From Marsupella aquatica (taxonomy: Eukaryota; Plantae; Marchantiophyta), in NCBI GenBank assembly GCA_973895155.1, contig OZ316898.1, forward strand, positions 312,751-376,750: 64,000 bases of DNA. The letters are read 5' to 3'. This document shows, piece after piece, positions 1-13,151 of this stretch. The notes under the pieces were generated by a model, which had not been told where the DNA came from, made no database searches, and saw only the letters and a list, made by a program, of their open reading frames with translations. A program made the translations under genes and the position numbers. Each line of letters opens with the position of its first letter. Within the stretch, counting starts at the first letter, position 1.

Positions 1-599
1 CAAGTTGGGAAGCTTAGAGTGAGGAAAGCTCTACCACAAAATCAGATCCTCTAAGCCTGCTAGGTATTTGTGATACACCTGAGGCGCTACAAGTTGAGAA
101 GCTTTAACTCAACATTTGGCACAAAATCAGACTGGCCAAGTCTAAGCCTAGGCACTATTTGTTATACACCTTCATGCTTCCAGGCTGCTTGTGAGAGTAT
201 GACACAGCAAGGAGATTCTCAATAGTGGTCTTCCACTTGTTCACATTACAGGGCACCCACTTATGAGTGTCATACAAAACAAACCCACTCTTTCCACTGA
301 TAGTGTCCAGGTAGAAGAGTTCTGCCACTACCAGACAATCACTCTCCTCCCTAAAACAATAACACATGTCTCCGTCTTAGAACTTTTTGCCTTCTCCTAG
401 AATTTTAGCTGGATTTCCTAACTGGATTCTCTGTTGCTGACCAAACTCACAATCTTCAAAATGAAAAGCATATGTTCAGCCAATGTTCTCCACATTCCAA
501 AGCTCAAACTGAGTGCACAGTATCCAGGCCCTATCCATATCTAGCCTAGTGGAAGATACAAGCTGGAACTTCCACTTTGCATTGGTGAGGAAGGTGTGA

Positions 600-1297
600 T
601 ATTAGTGTAGGTAGTCTTTTATAGCATACATATGAGGTGAAACAATAAGATTGGATCTAGTTTGTGATTGGAGCCCTGCAAAAGAAAGAAAGTTTCAGAA
701 AAGCATACACATACAAAACCTCCACAACACACATGACCTCCACAACACACATGATGAAGAGGCACAGTTAAATCAGCACACCCAGCCCACGGAGGCCGGA
801 ATGCAGCCTGGAACAACCCGCTTGCGCCTACAATGTGCATGTCTTAAAGCGAAGGTTCTTCATTGCCCGCATTTGAACTTTGAAGCACAGCATACTGTGT
901 ACACTCTCGAAGGAGTGTTGACAGAAGGGATAAGAAACGCAAAGGCCGATTGAAAGTCACGGAAAGGCTCAAGGACTGAGATGCTGTCGAGTTCCCTACT
1001 GACATTGATGGTAACATCGTAAGCACTTACCTGTGAAAGCTCTGAGTGGTATGCTCCGCTTAGTCGCCTTCAATCTTAGTCGACAGTTTAGACTTCTATC
1101 GTGATTTGCGCTGACCTCTCCTGTGGTTATAGGACTTGCTCACAACTTTTTATATCACCATAAAAACCTTGTGCATCCGTTCTCCACCTCACGGTATGGC
1201 CGCGGCCTTCATTCCTCAATGTCTCTGGCGAACGAAGCACTTCAGCCTTCTCGATTATGAAGCCCGCTTTGTCGGCTATTTTGAATTTTGAACAACA
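600..1297 (+). mobile_element. Possible degenerate LTR of an LTR retrotransposon, with internal sequence to its left
   Basis: Purine tract GGTGAGGAAGG (584-594) directly precedes TATTAG (a possibly mutated TGTTAG), and the segment ends ...AACAACA at 1297. No partner LTR or TSD found in the window. Confidence 0.3.
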
Positions 1298-4289
1298 CTT
1301 AGGACCCTACACAGTTGATGCGGGAGTCGACTTAAGGGCTCATGGTGGTTTGGAACAGGGCGGACGGAATAGACCTAAAGAAGACGCGTGTATCAAATTG
1401 GATGGAGACTGACCCATGGTTCACCCTCGTCCATCCTGGGTTAACCACATACGGAAACAGTGGGAGTATTGTTAATTGCCACATCTTTAGTGTCAATGTA
1501 GTTAAAAGCTGTTAAGTTTTATCCGAGTGATGCAGATAGTTGTGGCTATAGAGAATACTTAGGACATCATCGTGCGGTAGATCTGTTCCTTTACCTCACC
1601 TCAATTGGATCAGCGGCAAAACTGTTTGAAGAAACTGTTATAAGACGGGAGATATCGCAGTTCGGATTTGGGATAGCGCAGTTCGGCTCACTTAGCTGGG
1701 CTCAGTTCAGCTGAATTCCAAGTGATAGATCAAGGTTTGTGCGAGGAAATTCGAGAGACAGATGCGCTCAAACAGTGTCTCTTCTCAGGGTTCCCCCTCC
1801 TCGCCACCGAGATCTCTACTTGAATCCAAAAAGATCCCCGGGGGCTATCCCAAATCCCGGGCTGTCACAAGCTAACAATGCTTGTAGAATTCACAACCTG
1901 CTAAGAATTACACGTCGTAGCTCATTATTTAATGTTGCTTTACTTGGGAGCTGGTAGCGAGCTGTGTATAGCTGCATGCTGACGAATCCAGTGATCCCTA
2001 TTTGCTTTACGTTACCACTTTTACACGGCCTCTCGCGGCGTCCTGTGGGCAGAGAATTCCTAGTAAGGCCCTACCTATACTGGATGTTTTTCTGCGTTTA
2101 GGGCAACAATACTTCTCAAGTCTTAGTGCCCAAGAAAGCGGGACAGAAGCTCTTTTTGTTCCCGGGATACATATTCGTCTCTCCATCCTGGTTCAAGTCC
2201 TGTTCAATTCTTGGATGACGTCTTCTGCTGCTTGCTTTTATGGACAATGTACCTTTTTTCTTCAGACATTGAAAAAGTTAAAGGATAGTTCCGTTCATGA
2301 GCTTCTTTTATTGCCCATCACAATATAGGTCAATTTGCTTCAACTTGATGTTCTGAAGGAATTGTCGAGCCTGCCCAATTTGCTACTTGCACGGCCTGCA
2401 TGTCACTTCTTCAAAAGGTCGTCGTTGTAGAAATGTCGTCAATTTTTCGTTTGCTCTGCAGAACAATTCGGTTGGAAAAGGTTCTTTCTTGGAGGGCGAT
2501 AAACAAGAGCACTTGCACCAAAGTTTTTCACGTCAATGTTCAGGTATGGCGTTGGTTGCTTTGGGATATGAAAGGAAGAAATTCTCGCGTCAACAGTTTT
2601 GATTCTCAAGTTTGGATGGCACAGCTGGGATAAGACTAAAACGAGTACAGCAATTCTTAATTCTTAATGCAGAAGCAAGTGATCCCGGAGAAGATACTGC
2701 TACTGCTATGCTTCTAGGGGTTCCTCCAACTGTTACGTTGAGCTCAGATTCTTCTTCCCGGGTAAAGTTTCTGCAACAGAGCCCTCGCCTAGTGAAGTAT
2801 CTTTCCTCTGTCCAAGGGCAAGGAAAGATGAGACTTGAAATTTGAGGGCTCTGCGAGATTGCAGTACTTAAACTGATTGAACGTTTGTCAAGCAGGTAAG
2901 ATCATATTTCTCACAACTGTACCGTTAAGCTCTCTATTCCTGGGCACGGGAACGGAGCTCACTTGATGGAAATTTTGGATATGGACTGCTTTAGGCAACA
3001 CTCCACAGCCAGGTATGATTAATTTTCTATGCATGTCAATTTGTTGGATTATGACGTGACCAAACATCCTTGAATACATTCTCAACAAAGACGTTTGATT
3101 TGCAGAGTTCATACATCTTACGGTTTGATTGGTATTGGCATCAACCATTGTTCTTGTACAAGGCCTTCAGGTAATGAGACTGAAGAGCGATTCAACGTTG
3201 TGCGTACCTAGTTTTAAACAAAACCGCTTGTTCCAGCACCACGGTGTGTCATTTATGTTTGCGTGAATTTCCTGCTATGAGGCTTATGTGATGAAGACTT
3301 GACTTACACCTCAAGTTTGATTCTGTTCATCTGCAAGGAAGCACAGGGAAAGTGGGATGGGGGGGGTGTGCTTTCTCATTCATGTCATATGTGTCTCTCG
3401 ACGGATTCTATAAGAGCCAATTTAAAGAATGCTGGAGAGGCTTTATTTCTGAATTTTATGAGAGGGAGGGGGAGCGCTTTCACATTCATGTCATTTGCGT
3501 CTAATCACAATGATTCCATAGAGCACACTGTAGGCAACTTACAAATGAAATCCTGTCAAGGTGCCCTTAGAGTCTATCCTATACATCAACCAAGGATAAC
3601 GTGACTGCTTGATGAACTTTTTTAGTGCCAATTCGATAAGCCCTTGACTCCTACCTTTCTTTGGTTACAGTGAAATACCGGAGTATGAACGAGCTTATTG
3701 ATACTTGAGGTACCTGGATATGCCTTGCACAATTATTTCATTATTCTATTCTAAGATCATTGCATTCTTGACAGAAAGCCATTACTCTCAGTTGAAAGGG
3801 AGTCATATAACTTTTAAAAGTTATCTGAACCAAAGATCACAGCAGAGCAAGAGAGACAAGAAAATACATCTTTCGACGGAGGTAGGCAAGCAATTATCCT
3901 AGCCCTAAGACTCGAGAGACTTACTAGTCTGCTATCTATATCTGAACGTTTCATCGTAGAACGATCATTGTGGAATATAGTCCTCAAGAAATAAATACAA
4001 ATCTGTCCTAGTGGAATTTCCTGGATTTTATTCTGGTACCAGTCAGACTTTCCAGATCTGATCGTGGGTTGTGGTTCTGACATATGAAGCCCAGAGCACC
4101 CGAGTTCAATCATAAGATGACAAGGAAAGCACTTTGGGTGGATGGATGGTGAACTCCAGTATGGGTTAGGGCAAGGGCCAATTTGTTTACTCACTGCAAA
4201 TTTCAATCTCATTTTAGTTATTGCGCGAGAGATTGGTCTCAAGTCACTGTAGAAGGGAATGGCAGTAGGCATTTGCATGATGCTGGTAC

Positions 4290-5896
4290 CACGAGTGAAG
4301 CAATTGCTGTTTTGATAGATCGTCGACAACGGGGCCTACTATAGACTCGTACACATATGTTAAAGTTTTGCAAATGTGCTTGCAAAAGAAAGACCTTTCA
4401 GCAGCCAAGCAAATTCATGATTGCATCTTCGAGAGTGGAATGGATAAGAATCCATATGTGGCAATCACGCTCTTGAATGTGTATATCAAATGCGGAGGAT
4501 TGTTGGATGCACGTAGAGTTTTTGATCAACTTCAGAAGAAGAGTGTTATTACTTGGACCAGCATGATTGCAGGATACGCTAAGAGTGATTATACTGAATC
4601 TGCGCTAGACCTTTTCAATCAAATGCGCCAAGAAGGTGCGGAGCCTAATGAGATCACATATCTGACCGTCCTGAGTGCATGTTCCAGCCCATTAGCTCTC
4701 AAATGGGGAAAAGAAATTCATAAGTGTATTCGACGTGCCGGCTTTGAATCAGATGTGCGTGTAGGGACTGCGCTCGTTAAGATGTATGCAAAATGTGGGT
4801 GCATAATGGAGGCAAGGCAAGTTTTTGAAAGTTTGACCAATCGAGATGTCATCACATGGACTGTAATGGTCGGTGGACTTGCACAACATAGAAGTGGGCA
4901 CCCGAACCAAATGCAATCACCTATGTGAGCATCTTGAATGCTTCTGCAAGTGCGGGGTCTTTGGAGTGGGTGAAGAAGGTCCATGGGCATGCCAGCAAAG
5001 CGGGACTCGAGTCAGATTTGCGTGTGGGCACAGCACTGGTTCACATGTATGCAAAGAGTGGCAGTATAGATGATGCCCGACGGGTTTTTGACAGAATGGA
5101 GAAACACAATGTAGTTATATGGAATGTAGTGATGGGTGGACTTGCACAACATGGACGTGGGAATGAAGCACTGGAACTCTTTAGGAAGATGAACGCAGAC
5201 GGTGTGCAGCCCGACGGGACTTCATTCGTGGCAGTTTTGTCCGCCTGTTGTCATGGAGGCCTTGTTGATGACGGCCGTAGACTCTTCGTAGCTATGACGC
5301 AAGATTATAGCATCGAGCCTGACATTGTGCATTATACCTGCATGGTGGATCTTCTGGGGCGGGCTGGACACTTGGAGGAAGCAATGCTGTTCATTAGGGA
5401 TATGCCAGTTAAACCAAGTGACGTAACTTGGAAAGCCTTGCTTGGCGCTTGTAGAACTTATGCTAATATGGAGTTGGGCGAACTTGCCGCGAAAGAGCTA
5501 TTGAAGTTGGAACCCAATAATGCCTCTGCATATGTGCTTCTCTCCAACATCTACGCCGCAGCTGGGAAGTGGGACAAGGTGTCACTGGTCCGGGCCATGA
5601 TGCAAGAGAGAGGTGTTCTGAAGGAGCCAGGGCGTAGCTGGATTGAAGTGGATAACAAGATTCATGAATTTGTTGTAGCGGATACATCTCACCCAGAATC
5701 GAAGGCGATATATGCTGAGCTCAACAAATTGACTGAAAAACTTAAGGCTGAAGGTTACATTCCTGATACCCGGGTTGTGTTGCATGATATCAACGAGGAG
5801 GATAAAGAACTAGCTGTTTGCTCTCATAGTGAGAAGCTGGCTATTGCGTACGGACACACCCGAAGGTTCACCCTTTCTGCGAGCAACGGGCAGTAA
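4290..5896 (+). pseudogene. PLS-class PPR gene (P-L-S arrays, E/E+, truncated DYW deaminase domain), frameshifted
   Basis: ORFs 4368-4928 and 4925-5896 carry PPR motifs (VGTALVHMYAKSGSIDDARRVFDRM), an E domain (YVLLSNIYAAAGKW), the PG box (KEPGRSWIEV) and HSEKLAIAYG. There is a frameshifting deletion at ~4900 (GLAQHRSGH jumps to EPNAITY in another frame) and an apparent second frameshift at ~4337. The ORF ends before CxxC and DYW. Confidence 0.9.
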
Positions 5897-7020
5897 AAGT
5901 CATTCTCATTCCTTCAGGTACTCTCACTGACAAACAATCGGGAAGAAAATCGTTGGTCACTTGAGTGTTGACAAATGTCCAATTTCTAGCTTCACTGAAT
6001 AACATATAATAGAGAGAAGCTGTGTCAGTTGCTTCCTCACATTCGAAATCACAGATCTGCAAAGTCTAGCTCTTGGCTTGATATGTGCGAAAGGAAATTT
6101 CGAATCTTGAAGGTTTGCTGAGTATAGAAGGCGTGTGTTCTTGTGGTTATTACTGGTGAGCAGATAGAAAGCTGCGTTGCTCTGGCCGGAAATTGACTGT
6201 GAACAGTACTCACTGGCAGCCCAGATATAATCAGGTTTTTCCTTGTTTCGGTGATGAAGGGTATAAGATTAAATAAACCGTTATTTCCGGGAGATTTTAT
6301 TGCATTCCTCGGCGAGGCCAGTTCTGTGACAGGAACTTTGCGATTACGCAATTTGGAGTTCTAACTAGCTCCTCCTCCCACGTGTAGCCTTGAGATACAG
6401 TACAAAAGGAAATTTTGATATGTCCTCCAAATTTCCTCGTTAGATTAGGACACGTGCTCCGGTCGTTGCGTTGTAGTGGGTGGACAAGGGCTTGCAAGAA
6501 GGATCATACTTTAACTGAAGCAAGGTGAAAACGTCCGACGTGCAATTTCTCAGTTCATGTTTTGAACTCATCATGAATGAAAGTTTCCTTCTACAACAAA
6601 GGAAGAGCATTTAGCTATCTACTTTGGTAAGTTTGAATGTGTGTGTCATTACAGGTCTTGGTTTGCTGTCTAAAGAAGGCGTGTGTTCTTGTGGTGATTA
6701 CTGGTGAGCAGATTGAAAGCTGTGTTGCGCTGTCTCGAAAGTGACTGTAAACAGTACTCACTGGCAGCCCAGATATAATCCAGTTTTGCTTTTTGCTTGA
6801 TGAAACGCTTACATTCAAAAAGATTATTCTAGAGAGGTTTTCATTACAGCCCTCGGCGATGGCAGTTCTGTGACAGGGACTTTGTGATTATTCAATGTGG
6901 TGTTGTAACTAGTCCCTACCAGGCAAGGCCGTTTCATCTATTCAGAAATTTTGCGAGCAACTGGCAGTACTGGCCATTGCCGATCCTTCAGGTAGTCTCA
7001 CTGAAAACTCGGGAAGAATA
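5872..7020. repeat. Diverged local duplications downstream of the PPR gene
   Basis: ~6110-6365 is repeated at ~6658-6910 (AGAAGGCGTGTGTTCTTGTGGT...CACTGGCAGCCCAGATATAATC). ~5872-5948 is repeated at ~6950-7020 (GCGAGCAACnGGCAGTA...CCTTCAGGTA). Confidence 0.8.
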
Positions 7021-7620
7021 TCCATCCTCCTTCTCCGGTTGGGAATCCAAAGCCGCTAGATTGGGTAGTCCACAGTCCAAAATGCTCAAGAAAATGACCA
7101 CCCACTTCATCAGAATACAATGCGAGCCCTACCCAAGACCGACCAGGGGCATTCCAGTCACAAAGGATGCGGAAAGAGCTATACACCCCTTGTGTGTTAT
7201 TTTCTCCACTGTACTTTTGTCCACAAGTCAGCATCTTCTCAAACATTTTCCTGTCCAAATGATGATTGTTCATTCTATGTTCTTTTCACAGTTGTAGTGG
7301 ACTATGGTCCGGTAGACATTTTCCAACCAGTATGGAAGTTATATATCAAAGTTTGCTATCATTGCTCCTTCTATATGTGGCAATTGTATAGATTCTTCTC
7401 TATGTTCTACCCATGTTAAAGCTACCTCCACCGATCGACCAGTTGAACTCTTCTCCAATTGTCCCATGAAAATCTTAGTGGACCTGGCTTCCAACAAAAA
7501 GTGTCAACTAGATGCAGTTTAGGTTCTAGGTCATTTCAACCGCTCTTATCAATTCCAACCACGTAGAGTATCCCCCCTCCTCCTTTGGTTTCTTGGGTAT
7601 TCAATCATATGAAATCACCT
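7020..7620 (-). mobile_element. Possible highly decayed Ty3/gypsy pol fragment (integrase zinc-finger region)
   Basis: Minus-strand translation DEVGGHF...GFGFPT resembles the integrase HEEEAGGHF...GYWWPT seen in the intact gypsy of this window. No other domains are recognisable. Confidence 0.3.
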
Positions 7621-7704
7621 AAGAGAATCCATGGTTCATTGTTGATAAGTACCTAACCTGTATCTTCGCTTTTATCATGACCTGTTGATGTGTATACTTT
7701 TACA

Positions 7705-8160
7705 ACCCTAAAGTGTCATAGTTTGGGATGGTCAAATCAGTAACATATGGCTCTCTTGCTGTCAAGAATGCGGTTCTTGCAAAAGAACCCCAATGCGTTT
7801 TGGTTGGGTTAGTCAAATGAGAACCATTTGACCCTTTGCTGTCAAAAAATGCCATTTCAACAATAGCTACTTGCATTAGAACCCCAAAGAGTTTTGGTGG
7901 GGTTGGTCAAATGAGAACTATATGACCCTTTGCTGTCAAGAATGCCATTTCAACAATAGCTACTTGCATTATAACCCCAAAGAGTTTTGGTTGGGTTGGT
8001 CAAATGAGAACCACATGACCCTTTGCTGTCAAGAATGTCATTTCAACAATAGCTACTTGCATTATAACCCCAGAGTTTTAGTTGGGTTGGTCAAGGGAGA
8101 CCCATATAGATATTTTGCTGTCAAGAATTCCTTCATTAACAATAGCTATTTGCACCTAGG
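7705..8160. repeat. Minisatellite, ~96-bp unit, about 4.5 copies
   Basis: Unit AACCCCAAAGAGTTTTGGTTGGGTTGGTCAAATGAGAACC...GCTGTCAAGAATGCCATTTCAACAATAGCTACTTGCATT recurs in tandem. Confidence 0.9.
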
Positions 8161-11091
8161 TTTTTTCAAGGTTGTGATTCAACAGTAAAAAAACTCAAAT
8201 TAATCTACTGTAGATTACTTAAAAGAGCCGGTATTATAAAATGAGTGGTGTGGATAGCACACATAGCCAAACCCTGAGCAGTTATCCGAAAATCATGACA
8301 TAGACTCCCAGCCTATACATCAAGAAGAACAAATTAACGATATATAAAGGCTGATCTCCAGTCCCTCACTGCCAGAGTACCGACTGGGGAGCACGAGCTG
8401 GTTGACTACGGTAGACGGTAGGAGGGAGTCGCGGGAGTTTAAAATGAGGAAATGAGGCCAAGATGCGATTTTACGTCAAGCTGGTCCTCATCTTCGTCGT
8501 CGTTCTCTTGGCGACTTACCCTGCTGCCTCGTTGTTCTTGGTACCCCTCAACTTCTTCGCTCTGTTCTTCCTCTCTTTCACCTGCTTTCTAGATTTCTCG
8601 ACCAGCAAGTTACTACGTACTCAAGTTTTGTTTTGATTCTCGATTAGTGGAGTAAGTTGATGAAGATTGTAACTTTGATACCTCTTAAAAGTCTTGTACT
8701 ACTCCAATGGGAGGCAGTCTGCATTACGATATACCAAAAAATCCCATATAGTTTTGACTGGCCGGAGTCGAAGGCATGTCCTGCGCAAGACAAAGAAGAT
8801 TCAGACCACAAATAGCTCAGGCAATTTCATAGTTTTCATCTAAATGAAGAGAAAGAATGAAGAGAATATTGTGTAGGAACACGAAAAACATGCATTTCAA
8901 TAGGTCAGCCAACCCTAAACCTTAAAATTCTGGTAGCAAGCCCATTCCTGATTAACCTGTCATTCCGCTCATACTTCTTGGCAGAGTCCAAATTATCGAC
9001 TCGGAGACATTGGGCCGACAAGGGTGCAGGACATCGATAACGAATTAGTCCCAGTTCTGATGGGTGAGCTTGACCCTCAGTGAAGTTACTGTGGTTGTGT
9101 CCAGCTAGCAGTTTTTTGACAGCACAAACGATGCCTCTCCAGTGAGGTTTGATCTTGTGATAGCCCTTAATTTGTTTGTTCCTACTGATCTGCAGGGAGT
9201 CCTCAGAGGTTTGGATCAGACGAAGTCCATTCCAAGCTACGTCTCATACCAGTGTTGTCGTGATTGAGTGAAGCAAGCGCTAGCCCCTCAAGTGCTCCCG
9301 GATGACTTGCAATTTGGGACTTCGCCTTACCGACACCAGAGGCAAGGATGGCCCGTGTCATTCCTGGAATTTTCTGTAAGGCAGAGTCGCTCGACTTGGT
9401 CAGAGAATCCACAATGCCTCCAGTGTACCGGGATGGTCTACGATTTTGGCCTTCATCCACCATTTGCTAAGTTGCTCCAGGCGAACGCCTTTTGCTGTAA
9501 GATGGGACTTTAGATTCTTGTCAATGGCAGTGTCAGGTCCATTAGCACCCCTGGATGGTTGAGCGTCATCATCTTTCCGTTGGCGGCTCCGGAATCCAAG
9601 TTGCCGATAGCAGATGCTGCGTTTTCTTGTACAACAAGGTTCCAATATATCGTCAATGCCAATATCAGCCCCTGGATGGTTGACCATCTGGGCCGTTGTC
9701 GTCAAAGTGTCCCTCCACACGCCAAGTTTCCCAAAGCAAGTGCTGTACTTCCTTGCAATCGAAGAACTGAGCCGATGGAAGAATCTTTAAATTATCCCTC
9801 AAGTTTTCTTCAGCTGCTCCCTCAGATCGATCTGGATGGACCTCCTTCCGTTCTTGAAGGGAATTTCAGAAGTATGCTTGGTGGAGTCACTAATGCATGT
9901 GGCCACCCACTATTTCTGACTTGAATAGAGAAGCAGCTACCGCAGGAAAAGATAAACATCAGTGGCGTCATCCTTTCTGTGGAATTGTCCAAAGATATAA
10001 AGCTGGTCTTCTTATCCATATGATTACAATCCCAAGCATGACTGTGTAGACCAGAGTATGGTCTCATTCGGATCCAAGTTTTAACTGAAAACGGCATGTA
10101 CACAGGATCACTTCGATGTAGGGAATTGTCATATGAACTGAACTCAGGGGCTGTACACGTATTAGCATCAAATAGGTTGGTTTCTTTCAATTCGAGACTC
10201 TTTTTTCCCCAAATTTCTATCTGGTAAAATGAGTCTTATTTATAATTTGTGTTATTTTTTCTGTGTTGTCTCAGGGAAATCTTTCAACCAGCTATCGGCC
10301 GATCCCCTGTATTAGCAACGAATGAGCGGTTGAGGGGGCCCGTTTAGGGTTTGAAGCACTCTGTTCCTTTGCTTCGCTTCTATTGTGAGGTATTCCTCCA
10401 CTCTAGTCACACCCCACTTGCATCAACTCGTTGTTGAGAAAGAATTGTCGAGCCTCCTGCGCAATTTGCTACTTACACGGTCTGCATGTCACTTGTATAC
10501 AAGTTCTTCTGTGAACGAATGTCGTCAATTTTTCGTGTTGCATGCAGAATAATTTTCGTCTGGTATGTGGAAACAACGGGAATGACGATACCCACTGGAC
10601 AATGACTGAAGACTAGATTGATGAGAAGGGAAAGGATTATGAATTCTGAACCTGCAGATCGAATTTCTCATTTTTGAGCTGAATTGATCAACCAATCATT
10701 TCACTGTATTGATTAATTCACCACAAAACTGACCCTCTCAACTTATGCCTATCGACACCGCATAAACTAGGTGGCTCTTTTGTGGAAAGACTTTATGCTT
10801 ATCTTCCCTTGCCTTTCTACTTACTTCTGTATGATGATGTCATCTCTTTCCTTATTTTAATGCATTTCTCCATATTAGATTCTGGCAGCATTGCCAAAAA
10901 GAAAGAGGTGGATATCACCCACAGCCAGCACTGATCTGGATCTGCTCTGGCTAGAAGACTCATTTTGATGCAAAAGTTGTTCATCCAGGTTGGTTGGGAT
11001 GTTGAGCAAAGTTAGGTGACTGTTGCACTAAGTGAAGGAAAGATGTGATATCACGCAAGCACCTCAAGAGAGAGCTCTTTGAGTTGCAATC

Positions 11092-13151
11092 ATGGGATCA
11101 GCACCAATAGTTCTGCTAGGTTTGCTGAGAAGGTTCTTAGGAGGCGTTGCAGTGGGAGTGGCAGCAGGAATCACAGTATCCGATAGGTTTGGTTCAGTAG
11201 TTCGCCTTCATGGTCGATCCATGCGGCCTACGTTTAATCCTGATGATGATGGCACTCCTGGTCATGATGTGGTGTTGGTAGAGAAGTTCTGCCTCCGCAA
11301 TTTCAAATTTTCCCGAGGAGATGTCGTGGCATTCAGGTACACGTCTACACCAGCTGTTATGCAATTGCCTTTCCCTTTCTGAGGTGTTAAATGGAAGTAA
11401 AGGAATCTCATGAAGTCCTCCAAAAAATTTGTAATTGAATTTCTATGTTAGGAATTGAAGCCCGAGGCAAATGTACAGCCCCTACCTGGTTGTACATCTA
11501 AGAATTTGAAATCTCTTTGGCTTTCTCCCTTCATAATAATGGCCGGTGACCTTTCCAAATGAAAGGTTTGGTATGGTAACATGTTCGTCGGGATTACAAG
11601 TCCTCCTCTTCTCTGTTGATTCAGTTCTACATGTCAGTTAGTGAATGCGAAAATGCGAAAATTTGGGTCTGATTTTAGTCCATGTCACACTTACTGGCTG
11701 CAATCCTGCAGAGGTGCTACAGTAGTAGTAACGATGTTTGCTCACTAAACAATCAGTAATTATGGAAAGAACGCGCTAGAGGGGACGGACCAACAGGCCG
11801 TCAAGAAGGGGGCGGGGGGAAAACAATTATTGAAATCAGGTTACTTGCAAAAGAGAGATTTGCTGCCCATCTAAGAGATACTAAACATCATGGCCTGAAA
11901 TTTCAATCATTTTCGCAGAAGCCGAATATTCCACCTTCATATGGCGGGAAATTGAAAGAAAGCTTGACTTAATTATAGATTTGCTAACGACGTACGGTAT
12001 GATCGTCATGACAAGTATGGTCTTTAGTTTCTTCTTACCCACTCATGAAGTTACAGTTCTCCATTCTTGGCAATAATATACGTTACCTGTGGCCCACAAA
12101 GGTGGTCCAGTTCTCTATGAAGTTTGGAGCTCCCTAGGTTTCCAGTAACCCTTTCTGGCAGGTCACCGCAGGATCCGAAGGAATACCTGGTGAAACGACT
12201 GATTGCACTACAAGAAGACTGGATCACTGTTCCAGGAACATATGAGATCTTGCAGATTCCCAGAGGGCATTGTTGGGTTGAAGGCGACAATGTGGACGTT
12301 AGTTTGGATTCAAAAGAATTTGGCCCTGTGAGTACTTCAATTCTAAAGTTTGACTTCGAAGTTTCAATGAAGGATTTGATTATCATTCAATAGAGGTAGG
12401 ATGGAGACTAGTAATGCACAATGGCTGTCCAGGATTTAGCTAATGAACATCTATTAATTTAAGTGGATGGCGTACGTCCTGGCGAGAGGCTAATGTTGTC
12501 TTTGCTTTGTTAAAGATTCTATGTTTTGTTGGCAAGATGACAGGAGGTCCATTTACAGCATTAGGAATAGCTTCCACATTAATGATCCTTGAAAATAAAT
12601 TATTAGGAAGAAACATAACTTTTGCAAAATTGCGCTCAGACGGTCACGAGAAAATACCCATAAATTTGGTGACATTATTTAGGGTTTAACTAAAATCAGT
12701 GATTACCAGAAGTGCAGTATCGTTGTCAGAGTTCGGCATAGTTTTTTGGAAAGCAGCCTATTGCAGAAATTGAGCATATAAACAACAAGTCTACCTCAGA
12801 AAATTGATTATGACCAAAATGGATTCTAGGAAGGAAGGACCTGGGGCAGCGCCCTTGTGCGTTTTGCTATGGATCAGGCTTGTTGCCTGTCTAAAGTATG
12901 TCAGTACCGTTATGAAGCCTACAATAGTATGCGGTCAATTTCTCTGCCTGTCCTGCATGTTTTATCTTCAAAAGGTGCTGCGGCTTTATCTCGTTTAGTA
13001 TTTTTGATGGCTCTTGGGACATTTTATGCAGATTCCTCTTGCTCTCATGCGAGGTAGAGTTACACATGTTGTCTGGCCACCAAAAAGGGTTGGCCAAGTA
13101 GTGAGCAAGTTTCCAACAGGGCGAGTATTTTCAAGGAAAGAGGGACATTGA
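11092..13151 (+). CDS. IMP2: Mitochondrial inner membrane peptidase subunit 2-like (S26 signal peptidase family), 3 exons: 11092-11336, 12162-12327, 13032-13151 (176 aa)
   Basis: Catalytic Ser motif GRSMRPT, RGDVV, catalytic Lys LVKRLIA, IPRGHCWVEGDN, DSKEFGP and C-terminal IPLALMRGRVTHVVWPP. GT/AG junctions keep the frame (245+166+120 nt). Confidence 0.9.

Noticed and set aside
7705-8188. Repetitive Cys/His-containing ORF (7922-8188)
   Set aside because: It is a by-product of translating a 96-bp tandem repeat.
9200-10190. Possible decayed LINE endonuclease (PGIFCKAES, SVLEGNF motifs on the + strand)
   Set aside because: The motif resemblance is too weak and fragmented to support a call without a profile search.
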